Assembly: GCA_951406725.2 (NCBI GenBank)
Contig: OX597814.1
Span: 140,244,001 to 140,308,000 of the forward strand
Origin: Octopus vulgaris
Taxonomy: Eukaryota
Direction of reading: 5' to 3'
DNA length: 64,000 nucleotides
In this document: piece by piece, positions 26,838-39,472 of the stretch
Layout: every line of letters begins with the position of its first letter
How positions within the stretch are numbered: the first letter of the stretch is position 1
Program-made: the position numbers and the translations under genes
The notes under the pieces: generated by a model
Databases searched by the model: none
Told to the model about the DNA's origin: nothing
What the model saw: only the letters and a program-made list of their open reading frames with translations

Positions 26838-29800
26838 TCTCTCTATATATAAACGGCAGTTTGTCTGTGCGTGCTTCTGTGTGTCTGTTTTCTCGTACCC
26901 TCACCCTGACCACGGCTTTCAACCGATTCTGATGAAACTTGACACACACATAGCCCAATGTCATAATTCAAAACTAACGCAGCGAAAATTTTGAAAAGTT
27001 CCCCCAGTTCTGAAAAAAATTGATAAATTCGACATGGGGTCGAGAATCATAAACATGAACCACAGACTGTCTAGGGGACGCAACTCGAGAATCTAAGCTT
27101 TTTTTATGCAACGCATTATCTATGGTAGTTTTCACAACTTGCAATCGATTTTCACCAAACTCATGGTGAAGCTTAATGTTACCCTAAGAAACTCAATTCT
27201 GACGTTAGTTTTCCATGCAATACCTTACCATCAGAAACAATCGATAAAATCATGCCATTTTGGGAAATCGCGTTCAAATTCAAGATGACATATTTTCGAC
27301 AATATCTTTCACAAATTGGCAGGAATCTTTTTTTTTTTCACAACGAGCATCATGTCTGCTCCAAGGAGCTATATAGCCCTTTTTATTCCAATAGGATACA
27401 TTATTGGAAAAAATCGGTTAATTTAATCATATGTGGCACACATAGCAAACAAATTTGTGTATTAAACACAAACCAGACTGTCTAGGGGACGCAACTTGAC
27501 CTTTTTAGCTATCGATAATTCGATCCAACCAATTCCTACCAGGAAGAAATTACATTCGAGACTTTACCCCCAACACCGCCACTTCTGCTAATAGCTGCTG
27601 CAGCCGCAAGTTATTCGAATACTTTTTTTGTTTAAACTTTCTTTATAACTACCACCCCAAACGTTTTACCTTCAATTTTTGACGTACCCTAACGGTCCTC
27701 GGACGCTACTTGCAAACTCTTGGTTTATTAGAAACCACTTTTGTCGTGTGCATCAAAAAACTTTTCCTTTCGTTTGTTCAGTTTGATCACTTTTGACTTT
27801 TTCGTTGTTGTCACTCACATTGCTGCCAGCTTTTTGGCCGTTTTTGTACATTTTTATACATTTTCGGATACTTACCCCACGAGCTCCTTTTTATTACACC
27901 TTTACCAAACACATTGCTATCCACCAAAATACTTACCCCACGTGTTCCTTTTTATTACACCTTTGCCAAACACATTGCTATCCACCAAAATGCCACCCAA
28001 GAAGAGAAGGACCCTCCTCAGCCCTCGGACGGCCAAGGCATCGGCTGCTAGGGCTAGAAGGGCACGCGAGACCCACGAGGAAACCGCCTTGCGCCTCTCG
28101 CAAACAGCTTCCCGTTATGCCGCTGCTCAGGCATCTGAAACTACTAGCGACCGTTCTACCCGACTTGCAAGGGTCGCAGCGTACAGATCTTCCCTCCGCT
28201 CGAGGTTGACGAAAGAGCAACAGTCCAGCCAAAACATGCGGGCTTCTTACTGTGCTTCCATCCGCAGAGCTCGCGAGAACCCCGAACAAAGGGCCATTCG
28301 GAATGCGGCCAACGCCACTAGCACCGCCAGGACACGATCTGTCGAAACATCACAGCAGAGGAGAACTCGCCAAGATGCTGACGCCGCAAACAAAGCCATG
28401 GCCAAAGCTGCCGAAACACCTCAACAGAGGAGAGCTCGCCAAGCTGCTAACGCCGCAAACACAGCCAGGGCTCGATCTGCCGAAACTCCACACCAACGGA
28501 CTATTCGGACATCCAGACATGCCATTAACACTGCTTCTGCTAGGGCTTCAGAGGGTGCTGAGGCGAGAGCTGAAAGGCTTTCAAGGGATGCCACTGCTAC
28601 CGCTGTCGCACGTGCATCTGAATCTGCTGAGGCACAGTGCACTCGACTTGAGAGTATCAACAAACGTCGGGATATCATTCGTGGTGTACGTACCCCTGCC
28701 CCCGCTTTCTGGTTGTCACTAGCATTCAATTACGACGCCACAATTAACTTCTCCTTGCGTGACGACATCAAGATAGGGTCAATGACAATTGTATGCCAGT
28801 TTTGCAAAGCCAAGAAATGGCCCGGAGAGCCACCTGGTTTGTGCTGCTCTGGTGGCAAAGTGGACCTGCCACCCCTACGGGAACCACCTCAACCACTGAA
28901 GGATCTCGCGGCGGGTTTAACCCCCGATTCGTCACAATTCCTTGAAATAATTCGAAAGTACAACTGCTCATTCCAAATGACCTCTTTCGGGGCCAAAATT
29001 CCTCCCAGAGAAGGCTGGATGCCTACTTTCAAAGTGCAGGGACAGGTCTACCATCTTATTGGGTCACTTCTGCCAGACGAGATTCAGCAGTCTTCTTTCC
29101 TCCAAATATACTTCATTGCCGACTACAACCACCAGGTTGATGCACGCCTTGGAATAATACCGGGTACAAGCTATGTTCCCCGCAAAGACATTCTTCTCCG
29201 TTTCCAAACCATGCTTCATGATATCAACAGCTACGTCTGCAGCTTCAGATATGCCTTGGACAGTGCTCCATCTTCAAACTTCACCGTTGTCATTGATGCT
29301 GATAAACGACCCCACGGGGAGCACGAACGCTGTTTCAACGCACCTGCGTGCAACGAAATTGCCGCAGTCATACACGGAGAGCAACACAACAGCCGTGACA
29401 TAATCATCTCCTCCCGTGGTAACAACCTACACAGGATCAGCGAGACTCACAGATCTTATGACGCGCTTCAGTATCCATTGCTTTTCCCTTATGGGGAAGA
29501 CGGCTACCACTTCGGAATTCCTTTACGGCAGCCCTCCAATCAAACTACTGCGGCATCAAAGACGGTTTCCTGCAGGGCGTTCTACTCATACCGGTTCATG
29601 GTCAGGGAGGGTGAGTTCAACTTATTGCCCCGTTGTCGTCAGCTATTCAACCAGTTCGCCGTCGACATGGCCGCAAAAATGGAATCGGAAAGGCTGCTAT
29701 ACATTAAACTTAATCAGACCAAACTTCGCTCCGACTCCTACATTCATCTCCGTGACGGTTTGCAACAAGAAAATGACCCTCGCAACATCGGCAAGCCATG

Positions 29801-30061
29801 CATCCTACCCTCCACCTTCACGGGAGGACCGCGATATATGCGTGAAAGGACCCAAGACGCCTTGACCTACGTGCGCATTTACGGCCGGCCGGACCTCTTT
29901 ATCACCTACACGTGCAATCCCAGCTGCGACGAAATCACTCGCGAACTCCTCCCGGGTCAATCTCACACCCATCGACACGACATCGTTGCTAGGGTTTTCC
30001 GTCTGAATTTGGGCAACTAGGGGCTCTTACATACCCGGGCAACGCCGGGCTATGCTGCTAG
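26838..30061 (+). mobile_element. Helitron, internally deleted (non-autonomous), intact termini
   Basis: 5' A|TC(TCTCTATATATAAA). 3' hairpin CCCGG-GCAACG-CCGGG followed by CTAG|T. A/T insertion with no TSD. Encodes the RepHel N-terminal half. Confidence 0.95.
27990..30020 (+). CDS. Truncated Helitron RepHel (676 aa): NLS, 9 STPR-like 23-aa repeats, Zn-finger, Rep N-terminus; no HUH or helicase
   Basis: MPPKKRR start. Motifs CQFCKAKKW..CCSGGKV, YNCSFQMTSFG, FKVQGQVYHLIGSL, YDALQYPLLFPYGEDG, ILPSTFTGGPRYM, GRPDLFITYTCNP. Stops 41 nt before the element end. Confidence 0.9.
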   Translation: MPPKKRRTLLSPRTAKASAARARRARETHEETALRLSQTASRYAAAQASETTSDRSTRLARVAAYRSSLRSRLTKEQQSSQNMRASYCASIRRARENPEQRAIRNAANATSTARTRSVETSQQRRTRQDADAANKAMAKAAETPQQRRARQAANAANTARARSAETPHQRTIRTSRHAINTASARASEGAEARAERLSRDATATAVARASESAEAQCTRLESINKRRDIIRGVRTPAPAFWLSLAFNYDATINFSLRDDIKIGSMTIVCQFCKAKKWPGEPPGLCCSGGKVDLPPLREPPQPLKDLAAGLTPDSSQFLEIIRKYNCSFQMTSFGAKIPPREGWMPTFKVQGQVYHLIGSLLPDEIQQSSFLQIYFIADYNHQVDARLGIIPGTSYVPRKDILLRFQTMLHDINSYVCSFRYALDSAPSSNFTVVIDADKRPHGEHERCFNAPACNEIAAVIHGEQHNSRDIIISSRGNNLHRISETHRSYDALQYPLLFPYGEDGYHFGIPLRQPSNQTTAASKTVSCRAFYSYRFMVREGEFNLLPRCRQLFNQFAVDMAAKMESERLLYIKLNQTKLRSDSYIHLRDGLQQENDPRNIGKPCILPSTFTGGPRYMRERTQDALTYVRIYGRPDLFITYTCNPSCDEITRELLPGQSHTHRHDIVARVFRLNLGN

Positions 30062-31138
30062 TTTTCTATAAAGTACAGACAACTGTGTTTGTTAAAATAA
30101 ACTAAGTTAAAATGGGATCCTTTCTAAGCATTACATTAATTTAACAGTAACCTTTTCTGTCTTTTAATAACTTATTACACTCTTAATAATATTTATCAGT
30201 TTTTTTTTTTTTAGATCAGTTTGACCAAACAAAAACCTAAAATCAAGTTTAGCTTAAGTTACACTATAAGATAAGTACTGTCAATATATGTTTTCATATT
30301 CTAGAACATTGATACCTAATATACAGATACCTATTGAAGGATATTTGGTTCATTGTCAGCTGATAAATGGTAACGTTAGTTATAAATATGATCGTTAGTT
30401 CATAATTAATTTTTAGATGAGATATTTTATGATTAATTAGAGAAACATGAAAATATGTGACAGTTGATTTTTGACGGTTATGTCATCTAGTAGATGATAT
30501 TTTGATAAATGCCTGACATTTCTCTCTTGCATATAACCACAGACTTTGATCATGGTTCACATATGTGTCTATAAAGTATTTAATGCAAAAAGTATTTTAT
30601 GTGTTACAACATTTAGAAACTGTCAACCTTCTTTCAGATTTTATTTTCCCAAGGTTGGAAGAATTTGTTTTTTTTTTCTTCTCTTCTATTTCTTTCTTAT
30701 TTTCATTCTCAGAATGATTTCTCACTGTTTCAGTTTGTCAATGTTTGGAATTTTCAAGTGAATGTGTTTTTTTATGTGTCTTACTTTTGTTGTTTTTTTT
30801 TTTTAATTTTATTTTGATATTTTGTATTTATTTTACTTTTTTACTTTTGTACATCAAAATAATCTTGACACTGATTACAATGTGTTGCATGATATGTAAT
30901 AATTTTACTATTGTTATTTTAGAACTAAGAAATAATTCTTCTTTTTATTATTTTATTACTTTAACAATGTTTCTTCAATCTAGGAAAGATACACCGTAGT
31001 AGAACATTCATACTGAATTAATTTTAATAACTGACCTAATATTAATTGAAAGTAAATCGTTTACTTTGGTGCAAACTCAGTTTAGTACTTAGATTACTTT
31101 TCTTAATTTTTTTCAGAAAAAAAAAATATATATACATA

Positions 31139-31296
31139 GGCGCAGGAGTGGGTGTGTGGTAAGTAGCTTGCTTACCAGCCACATTGTTCCGGGTTCAGTC
31201 CCACTGCGTGGCACCTTAGGCAAGTGTCTTCTACTATAGCCTTGGGCTGACTAAAGCCTTGTGAGTGGATTTGGTAGACAGAAATTGAATCCCCAT

Positions 31297-31382
<86 letters not shown>

Positions 31383-31402
31383 TGTATGTATATATATATA
31401 TG

Positions 31403-31468
<66 letters not shown>

Positions 31469-31537
31469 ATGTATGTATATATATATATATGTATGTATAT
31501 ATATGTATATATGTATGTATATATATATATATGTATG

Positions 31538-31636
<99 letters not shown>

Positions 31637-31902
31637 ATATATATATATATGTATGTATGTATATATATATATATATATGTGTATATATATATGTATATGT
31701 TTGTGCGTCTGTGTTTGTCCCCCCCCCCCAACATCGTTTGATAACCGATGCTGATGTGTTTATGTCTCAATAACTTAATGGTTCAGCAAAAGAGGCCAAT
31801 AGAATAAGTACTAGGCTTACAAAGAATAAGTCCTATGGTCGATTTATTCGGCTAAAGGTGGTGCTCCAGCATGGCCACAGTCAAATGACTGAAACAAGTA
31901 AA

Positions 31903-31905
<3 letters not shown>
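31139..31905 (+). mobile_element. Same SINE family with internal (TA)/(TATG) expansion of about 420 bp
   Basis: Head and tail match 9801-10186; microsatellite at 31278-31700. Confidence 0.85.
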
Positions 31906-31949
<44 letters not shown>

Positions 31950-32300
31950 AAGAAAGTTAGGGGTTGTGGCTCCAACCCACTAAGGGATAATACTTATCCA
32001 ATATACTGTTGGTATAATACCCAATTATTAATACACAAGTGTTTTTAATTGCAATGCAATAAACTTACTTATTGTATTAAATGGATGAAGGTAAAGAAAT
32101 ATTTTACCATTAATTTATATTGCAAATAAGAAAATGGAGAAGCCCATTAGTTAGTTCATCAACTTTAGGACATTAAAATGTTGACTTATTTATTTATCAA
32201 AACAACAACCATAATAACATACATACATATAGTATATTATTCAATGCCTATGAGATAAGAATACAAGCAGTTATTAAAAAACATGAATATAAATTATTAA

Positions 32301-32428
32301 AATCACTTACATCTGTTTCAGCCTATAGATAATAGCAACTCATTGTGCCTATATTAGTCAAGTGTATTGAGGTGATAGGCTGTTGAAAATGAGGTACTTA
32401 TATATATCCCTAGGCCTCTTCAGAGATT
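32301..32428 (-). ncRNA. Degenerate type I hammerhead ribozyme (Penelope-type)
   Basis: Minus strand reads AATCT-CTGAAGA-GGCCTA...TAGGCT-GAAA-CAGATG-TA-AGTGATT. Stem I is imperfect. It lies in a roughly 500-bp unit between (TA)n tracts. Confidence 0.55.
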
Positions 32429-32481
32429 ATAAAGTACAATCATAAAAATATAAATATATATATGAAACAAAATACATGCAC

Positions 32482-32518
<37 letters not shown>

Positions 32519-34481
32519 TAAACATATACATATATGCCCAAAGTGCCATGCGGTAAGATTGAATTAGAAATCACGTGATTGAGAAGGAAAGAACTTCTTA
32601 ACCACACATCCATGCCTGTGCCACTAGAGATTTATAAATATATTTTATGCTTATTGAATATCTTTGTAAGTCATTAATATATCAACTGCAATAAACTTCA
32701 TTCAGATGCACGTTTAATTGACCAAATTTTCATTTAATAAGTGTTGAGTGAAAACCCTTTTCTAAAACAGTTATCCTTACACTGACTACTAGATCACATT
32801 ATATTTTTTTACTGACAGAATTATTTTCAGATATTTCCAATTATCATTATTCATTATATATTCTATCTAAAGTTTAACCATATCCATTTTAGTATGTTAG
32901 ACCTTGAGGTTTAAATATAAATGTATTATTGTATGGGTTATGATTTTCACTCATTGCTCCTTCCCGGACTAAACAAGAAAAGATTTTCATCATTGCTCCA
33001 TGCAATTACTTCATTAGATCTTAATGACTTTCAATTAAGAACACACACAAGTGAAGAAAATTGTTTTTCTTTTACATTTGTTTTTATTTTTTCTAATCAG
33101 AATTTTCCTCTTTCAAGGTAAAATAAAGCTGAAGTTTTATATCTCCTAACTGCCATTAAAAGCTTTCCTTTTAGTTTTTTCTATATTTTCGCAAGATATT
33201 GAAATATAAATAATCAATGTTGATATGTATTAATCGTACCTTGATATTTCTATTTTCCTAATTGCCATTCTTTAGTTTTCAGATAAAGAAACACGTGTGT
33301 TTGCTTAAAAATTTTTCTTTTATTTTATTCATGATTGTAATTTCTTTTTAAAATAGATAAAAAAAATTTTTTAAATAAATTCTTTGTGAAGTAAGTATCT
33401 ACCAACGCAAATTACTCTGCCTCAGTGTATTAATATACACACATATGTGTGTTTGTGTATGTGTATGTATATATATATATTTATATATATATATATATGT
33501 ATGTATTTGTGTGTGTGTGTGTGTGTGTGTAACATTTTACTTTACAGATCTAAAAGAAATGTTTTTAGGCTCTTTTAGTTTTAAGGACATATAATGTTGC
33601 CTATGCAAAATCTACTGTCATGCGTGCATCCATCTTTTTAAATGCATTGTTTAGCTTGAAATACAAGTTTAGTTAAAGTAGTATAATTAGAACCAAGTAG
33701 TGTATTTTGTTTATCAGAATCCTCATCATCTTATACCCTTTCCATTATATTTGTTGTTCCATCTTATCTTATCCATAACACATCTTTCTCATTAGTTTCT
33801 CTTACATCAGACTACTTTATGATACTTGTATATTTAGTTCACCACACAATTTCATCATCAAAATCTCTGTATTGCATGTCTTTTCTCAAAAATAATTTCT
33901 CATGTTTTTAATTACTATTGATCATATCAATTTATCTTCTAAACTCAGACTGTTTCTTGATAGCAGAATTTTTTAATAGTTTTTTTTTTGTCTCTATTTC
34001 TTTGTTGTTGTTTTGTTTTTTGTTTTTGTTTTTTAACACCAGTTGTCTAACAAATGTTTTTACAATAATTCTTTAGATCTTCAGGTTATGTTTACTTGCG
34101 GTCTGCAAAATAGCTAACCACATGACAAAAACTGTCTCTTAACTGATGGCTATCAGACACACTAATAAAGATAATATTAAATTTGCTAAGTATTTTTATT
34201 TCATAGAATAACACTATATAATAATAACAACACTATACTAATAATAAAATACATGGTATACAGGAGTATTGTCAATTAGTATTCAGACACAATTTGATAT
34301 GGTCAAATCATGATCTGATCTGAAGTTATGGCCTCAGAGAACTCTAACTTCAGAAGTTAATTAGATTTTGCTTTTAACTCTGCTAACAAACCATTCCATT
34401 ACTTTGTGGAATTTTTTTTTCAGGATTTAGCTACTATAGAAGTCATATATCTTAATAACTGCACTCTATTTCCTTCTCTCT

Positions 34482-34526
<45 letters not shown>

Positions 34527-34603
34527 TCTCTCTCCATATATATGTGTGTGTATACACATATATATATATGTATGTATATAATACACACACACACACACAC
34601 ACT

Positions 34604-34639
<36 letters not shown>

Positions 34640-35409
34640 TAGAGAGAGAAAGAAATAGATCAATGGACGGACACACATAATTACTATCAGATAACTTACA
34701 AAGCCAGGCAGATAATCTACTGGAGCAGTTAGTGTGGCTTCACCTAGAAAAAAATGAGAAAAACAAAGTTTAATCATTAGAGAAAAAAATACAATCTGAG
34801 ACCTAATGTTTTGTAGTTATTCCCAAGTTTATTACTGATGTTAATGAAGTGAAATACCTTCAACTAGGAATTGGTTTCCTGGGAGGATAAGGAAGATAAA
34901 GCTACAGAAAGATTGATATACACATGGAAGAAGGAAAAACTAGCAGTACTAATAGTAGTAGTATTTCATGTATTCATTCTTTTTACTTCCATTTTTCCAT
35001 GCTGGCATGGGTTGGACAGGTACTTTCTTAAGGTAGTATTTTTTGGCCAGATGCACTTATCTATTGAACAAGGGTCCTTTTTTTTATATTGTATAACACA
35101 AAGCTTCAAAATAGCTGAGCTACAGGATATATTGTTCCTTGGGAATTTAAATATGACATCACTGGCCTTTACTCAGACATGTGAAAAAACTAAAGTGAAT
35201 GCACTCGTACACACAAACGTGTGCAAGCACTTACATATACATGTATGTTTGATGCTGTTTCTATCAGGTAATTGCACCCACAAGTTACTGGTTATCTCTA
35301 ATCTGTAGCTGTTGCTTGTCCTATGTACAACATTGTTGGATTGAACTTGAGACTACATGGTTGTGAAGCAAGCTTCTTAACCATTCAGCCATGCCTGTGC
35401 CCAACAACA

Positions 35410-35990
35410 ATAATAATTATTTGAAATTTTGGCACAAGATTAGTAATTTTGAGGGGAGAGGCGAGTCAATTACATTGACCCCAATACTTGACTGGTACTT
35501 ATTTTGTTGATTCTGAAAGGATGAAGGACAAAATTAACCTTGGCTGTATTTGAACTCAGAATGTGATGGCTCAGAACAAATACTGTGAAACATTTTTCCA
35601 ACACTCTAATGTTTCTACCAGCTCACCATCTTAACACTGAAATTTTGAGGGGAGAGGTTAAGTCAGTTACATTGACCCCAGTACTCAACTGGTACTTAAT
35701 TTATTGATGCCAAAAGGATGAAAGGCAAAATCAATCTCGGTGGAATTTGAACTCAGTACATAGCAATGGGAGAAATACCACTAAGCATTTTGCCCAGCAT
35801 GCTAACGATTCTGCCAGCTCGCTGCCTTAACAACAACAACAATAATAATAATGATAATTCTTTCAATATAGGCACATGGTCTGAAACTTTGTGGGAGGAG
35901 ATTAGTCAATTACAACAACCCTAGTGCTTCACTGATACTTATTTTATTGACCCTGGGTAGATAAAGGACAAAGTCAACCTAGGCAGAATC
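35410..35990 (-). mobile_element. Cluster of second-family SINE copies
   Basis: Three reverse-complement copies or partials. Others at about 42950-43220, 43940-44090, 44460-44670, 46180-46380. Confidence 0.75.
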
Positions 35991-36022
35991 TGAACATAAC
36001 CAGTTGGAACCTTAATAATAAT

Positions 36023-36358
36023 AACAAGAGCACTCAGAGAGCACAAACCTCTGCCAAGGCAACACCAATGTCCTCTCAATGATTAGCCAGAGATGATTTT
36101 TAAAATGAGATTGCTCTCACAATTGAGAATACTAAAAATGAACCTGACAGCTCTCAAAAATTAAGTAAAAAAAAAACAGAAAAAAAATCCTGAATCCTTG
36201 TCTGGTACTGGATCGACCCCAAAATCTAATCAGTTTGTGCCAGTCACGAGGCCAAACATCCCTGAAAGTTTCATCCGAATCCATCCAGTGGTTCTTGAGA
36301 TAAACAAACAAACACAACTGTAAACAATACCGCCACCTTCGCTAAGGCAGAGGTAATA
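36023..36358 (-). mobile_element. Helentron-type non-autonomous element (HINE/DINE-like)
   Basis: Sub-terminal inverted repeat ACCTCTGCC/GGCAGAGGT, terminal hairpin GTGCTCTCTGAGTGC then CTTGTT, (GTTT)n and ATTCGGATGAAACTT motif; sits in T-rich sequence. Confidence 0.7.
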
Positions 36359-37492
36359 ATAATGATAATGATAATAATAATAATGATAATAATAATAATA
36401 ATAATGATAGGCTGGGGATGAAATGCAGTTGCAGTAGCAGCTATAACATCCATTTTGTGTCATTGAAGCATTTTTTTCTTTATTCGGCTAAAGTTGAAAT
36501 AAAATCACTATGAACTAGAGGCTGCAAGTCTGGGAAGACAGCATCTCGTGATGTGTTAATGCTATGATAGACTTAATTCCTTCATAGCAGTTCAAACTGC
36601 TATGAGGTGTAGGTAGCATCTTGTGTAAAAAGACAATTTCTCTCTTACTTAAATACACATAAATTGTCAAACTTGAGGGAGAAGATCCTATGATATCAGC
36701 CCTGGCGAAATCCTTAGGAAACATTATATTAGATTAAAACTCATTAAAATTAAACATTTAGATATACAAAACTATGCCTGTTGAGTACTGACCTTGCTAA
36801 CATTAACCAGATCTTGAGGTGCAAAAGTTAAGAGTACCACCTTTCCTCACAATTAAAATATGATAAAAGTCTGTGCTAATGCACGCAACAGTTATACTAG
36901 CAGTATTAGTAGAAGTAGTTGTAAAAGTACAGATACAGTTGTACTGGCAACTATAATACTGTAACATATTAATTTGCAAAAAAAAAGAAGAAAAATATCC
37001 TTTTTCTCTATCTCTAAGCTTATCAGTGGAATTGGTAAAAGTGAACAATTTTGTTAATCTAGTAGACATTTACATACACGCACACACACACACATATATA
37101 CAAGTCAACCACATTTGTGTATGTATATATATACATACATACCTACATACATACATACGTATAATAATAAGGATCCTTGAGAGAATTGGGTACTTAAATA
37201 ATATGCACCAGGTAGGGTTGGATTAACCTGTGGTTACCACCCATGGTTGATTAAATATCCAGTAGAATGTTCAGGTTGTGCACACACAGAAAACCACTCC
37301 TATGAGTATTTAGTACCTAGGGGCTGGTCCAAAGCACATGTTGCATTGATCATACATTGTTTGGTATACTCTAGGGTGTCCGACATATCATGAATCTCTA
37401 TGGTGTAGTGTAAGTAAATGAATAATAACAGATGATGGATAAAGGTCAATATCCATCGTCTGTTATTCATTTGCTTATATATATATATCTAT

Positions 37493-37538
<46 letters not shown>

Positions 37539-38284
37539 TTATACATACATAAGCTCACTTATTTTATTCTCATTCCCAATGATATTTTACAAAATGTTAG
37601 CATGTTTTTTTTTTCTGTAAAACAATAGTTTTTTTTTGTCTTGTTTTTTTTCCTTGAAAGTTGTTTTGATATTAAAACATCCACTTAATTACAGTTGGAA
37701 TCCAGAAGTATGGCTTCTCTGATCCTGTGAACATATATATATACATTTACATATATATATGTGTGTGTATATATATATATATATGTGTGTGTTTGTATAT
37801 AAACATATATATATATATAATACAAATATATATATGTTTATATTCTGAAATTTTACATTGTCTTTGCATGCTAAACATTGAATTGCATGTTACTTTTAGT
37901 CTTAATTTTGATGTAGCAGAATGAATAGGTCTTGAATTGGAAAATATAGTAGATTCACTAACATCATTTTCAATTATATACCTTATATACATGTGTGTGT
38001 ATGTTCATATATTATGTGTGCATGTGTTTATACACATGTACTTATACATATATACATGTACACATATATACTAAACACACACACATACATACCCATATAT
38101 ACACACATACACACAAACATACTCAAACAAGAACCACGCAATCATATATACATGCATACAAACATGCACACATATCATCATCATCATCATCATCATCATC
38201 GTTTAACGTCCGCTTTCCATGCTAGCATGGGTTGGATATATATAAATGTATTTTGTCTTATTTTTTTCCCTTGTATTCTTTCAG

Positions 38285-38537
38285 ACATGTTACTCGAGAA
38301 AGGTCACTAATGAAAACCTTGTCATCAGCCAGTTTCACATCTGCTAGTTCTGTGACTAATTTAACTCGAGCTGGCCATCGTGGTAGTAATGCTGTACCAA
38401 ATCTTCATGACCAGTCATCACACAATGTCCATACTCCTACAGGACTGACAGACATGAGTGGCTCTAAGCTTCCAGAAACATCTGTTGGGGAATATACAAA
38501 ATTAGAAATGGCCAAAGTCGATATTGATAATAATATG
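38285..38537 (+). CDS. SLC4A2-like: SLC4 anion exchanger exon (disordered loop of the cytoplasmic domain)
   Basis: Pyrimidine tract ending ttctttcag| acceptor (phase 2). Open frame HVTRERSLMKTLSSASF...KVDIDNNM. Donor ATG|gtaaga is phase 0, matching the next exon. Confidence 0.8.
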
Positions 38538-38857
38538 GTAAGAAATATTTTTCTTTATGTATTTGTTATTGTTTAGCACCAGGATTACCTTTGATCCAGC
38601 ATATCTATGATCAAAAATATTTCAGACATATATGTCTTGTGTGTGTGTGTTGTGGCAAGTGTCACTGACACTCCTGGCAGATTGGAGAATAGACTAGCCA
38701 AACTCTTATATAAGAGTAGAGGTTATTAGCAGTCAAGAGAGAACATCTTTGGTAGTCTCATGAAGTATGCCATAATTTATCTATACCAACCTGTGGCAGG
38801 ATATAAAAGTGTGTGTTTCCTACATCATGGATTACCTTGTCCAATATATACACACGT

Positions 38858-39170
38858 GGAGGCACAATGTCTCAGTGGTTAGGGCAGCAACTCGTGGACA
38901 GAGAATCTCGGTTTCGATTCCCAGACCGGGCGTTGTGTGTGTTTATTGAACGAAAACACCTAAAGCTCCACGAGGCTCCGGCAGGGGATGGTGGCGACCC
39001 CTGTTGTTTTCTTTCGCCCCAACTTTCTCTCACTCTTTCTTCCTGTTTCTTGAGTAATGCTGCGAGGGACTGGCATCCCGTCCAGCTGGGGGGAACACAT
39101 ACGCCATAGAAACCGGGAAATCGGGCCCATGAGCCAAGCTAGGCTTGAAAAGGGCGCATAAATAAAAAAA
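38858..39170 (+). mobile_element. tRNA-derived SINE (third family, V-domain-like)
   Basis: A box tctcagtggttagg, B box gtttcgattccc, gactggcatcccgtccag motif, A-rich tail. Confidence 0.7.
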
Positions 39171-39398
39171 ATATATATACGCACACATTGTGGTGAGCTG
39201 GCAGAATTGTTAGCATGCCAGGGAAAATGCTTAGCATTCTTTCATCTATCTTTATGTTCTTGGTTTAAATGCTGCCAAGGTTGACTTTGCCTTTCACCGT
39301 TACAAGGTCAATAAAATAAGTACTAGTTGAGCATTGTTGTCACCTAAACTGACTTAGCCCCTCTCTCAAAATTGCTGACCTTATGTCAAACTTTGAAA

Positions 39399-39433
<35 letters not shown>

Positions 39434-39441
39434 TCACACAG

Positions 39442-39472
<31 letters not shown>

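Noticed and set aside
27741-27989. N-terminal 83 aa of the 759-aa ORF
   Set aside because: Non-ATG start and overlap with non-coding tandem repeats; MPPKKRR at 27990 is the plausible start.
31234-31773. Long YI/YV-rich ORFs (also 13346-14053, 14519-14804, 50763-51001, 63034-63345)
   Set aside because: Translations of (TA)n, (TATG)n or (TAT)n microsatellites.
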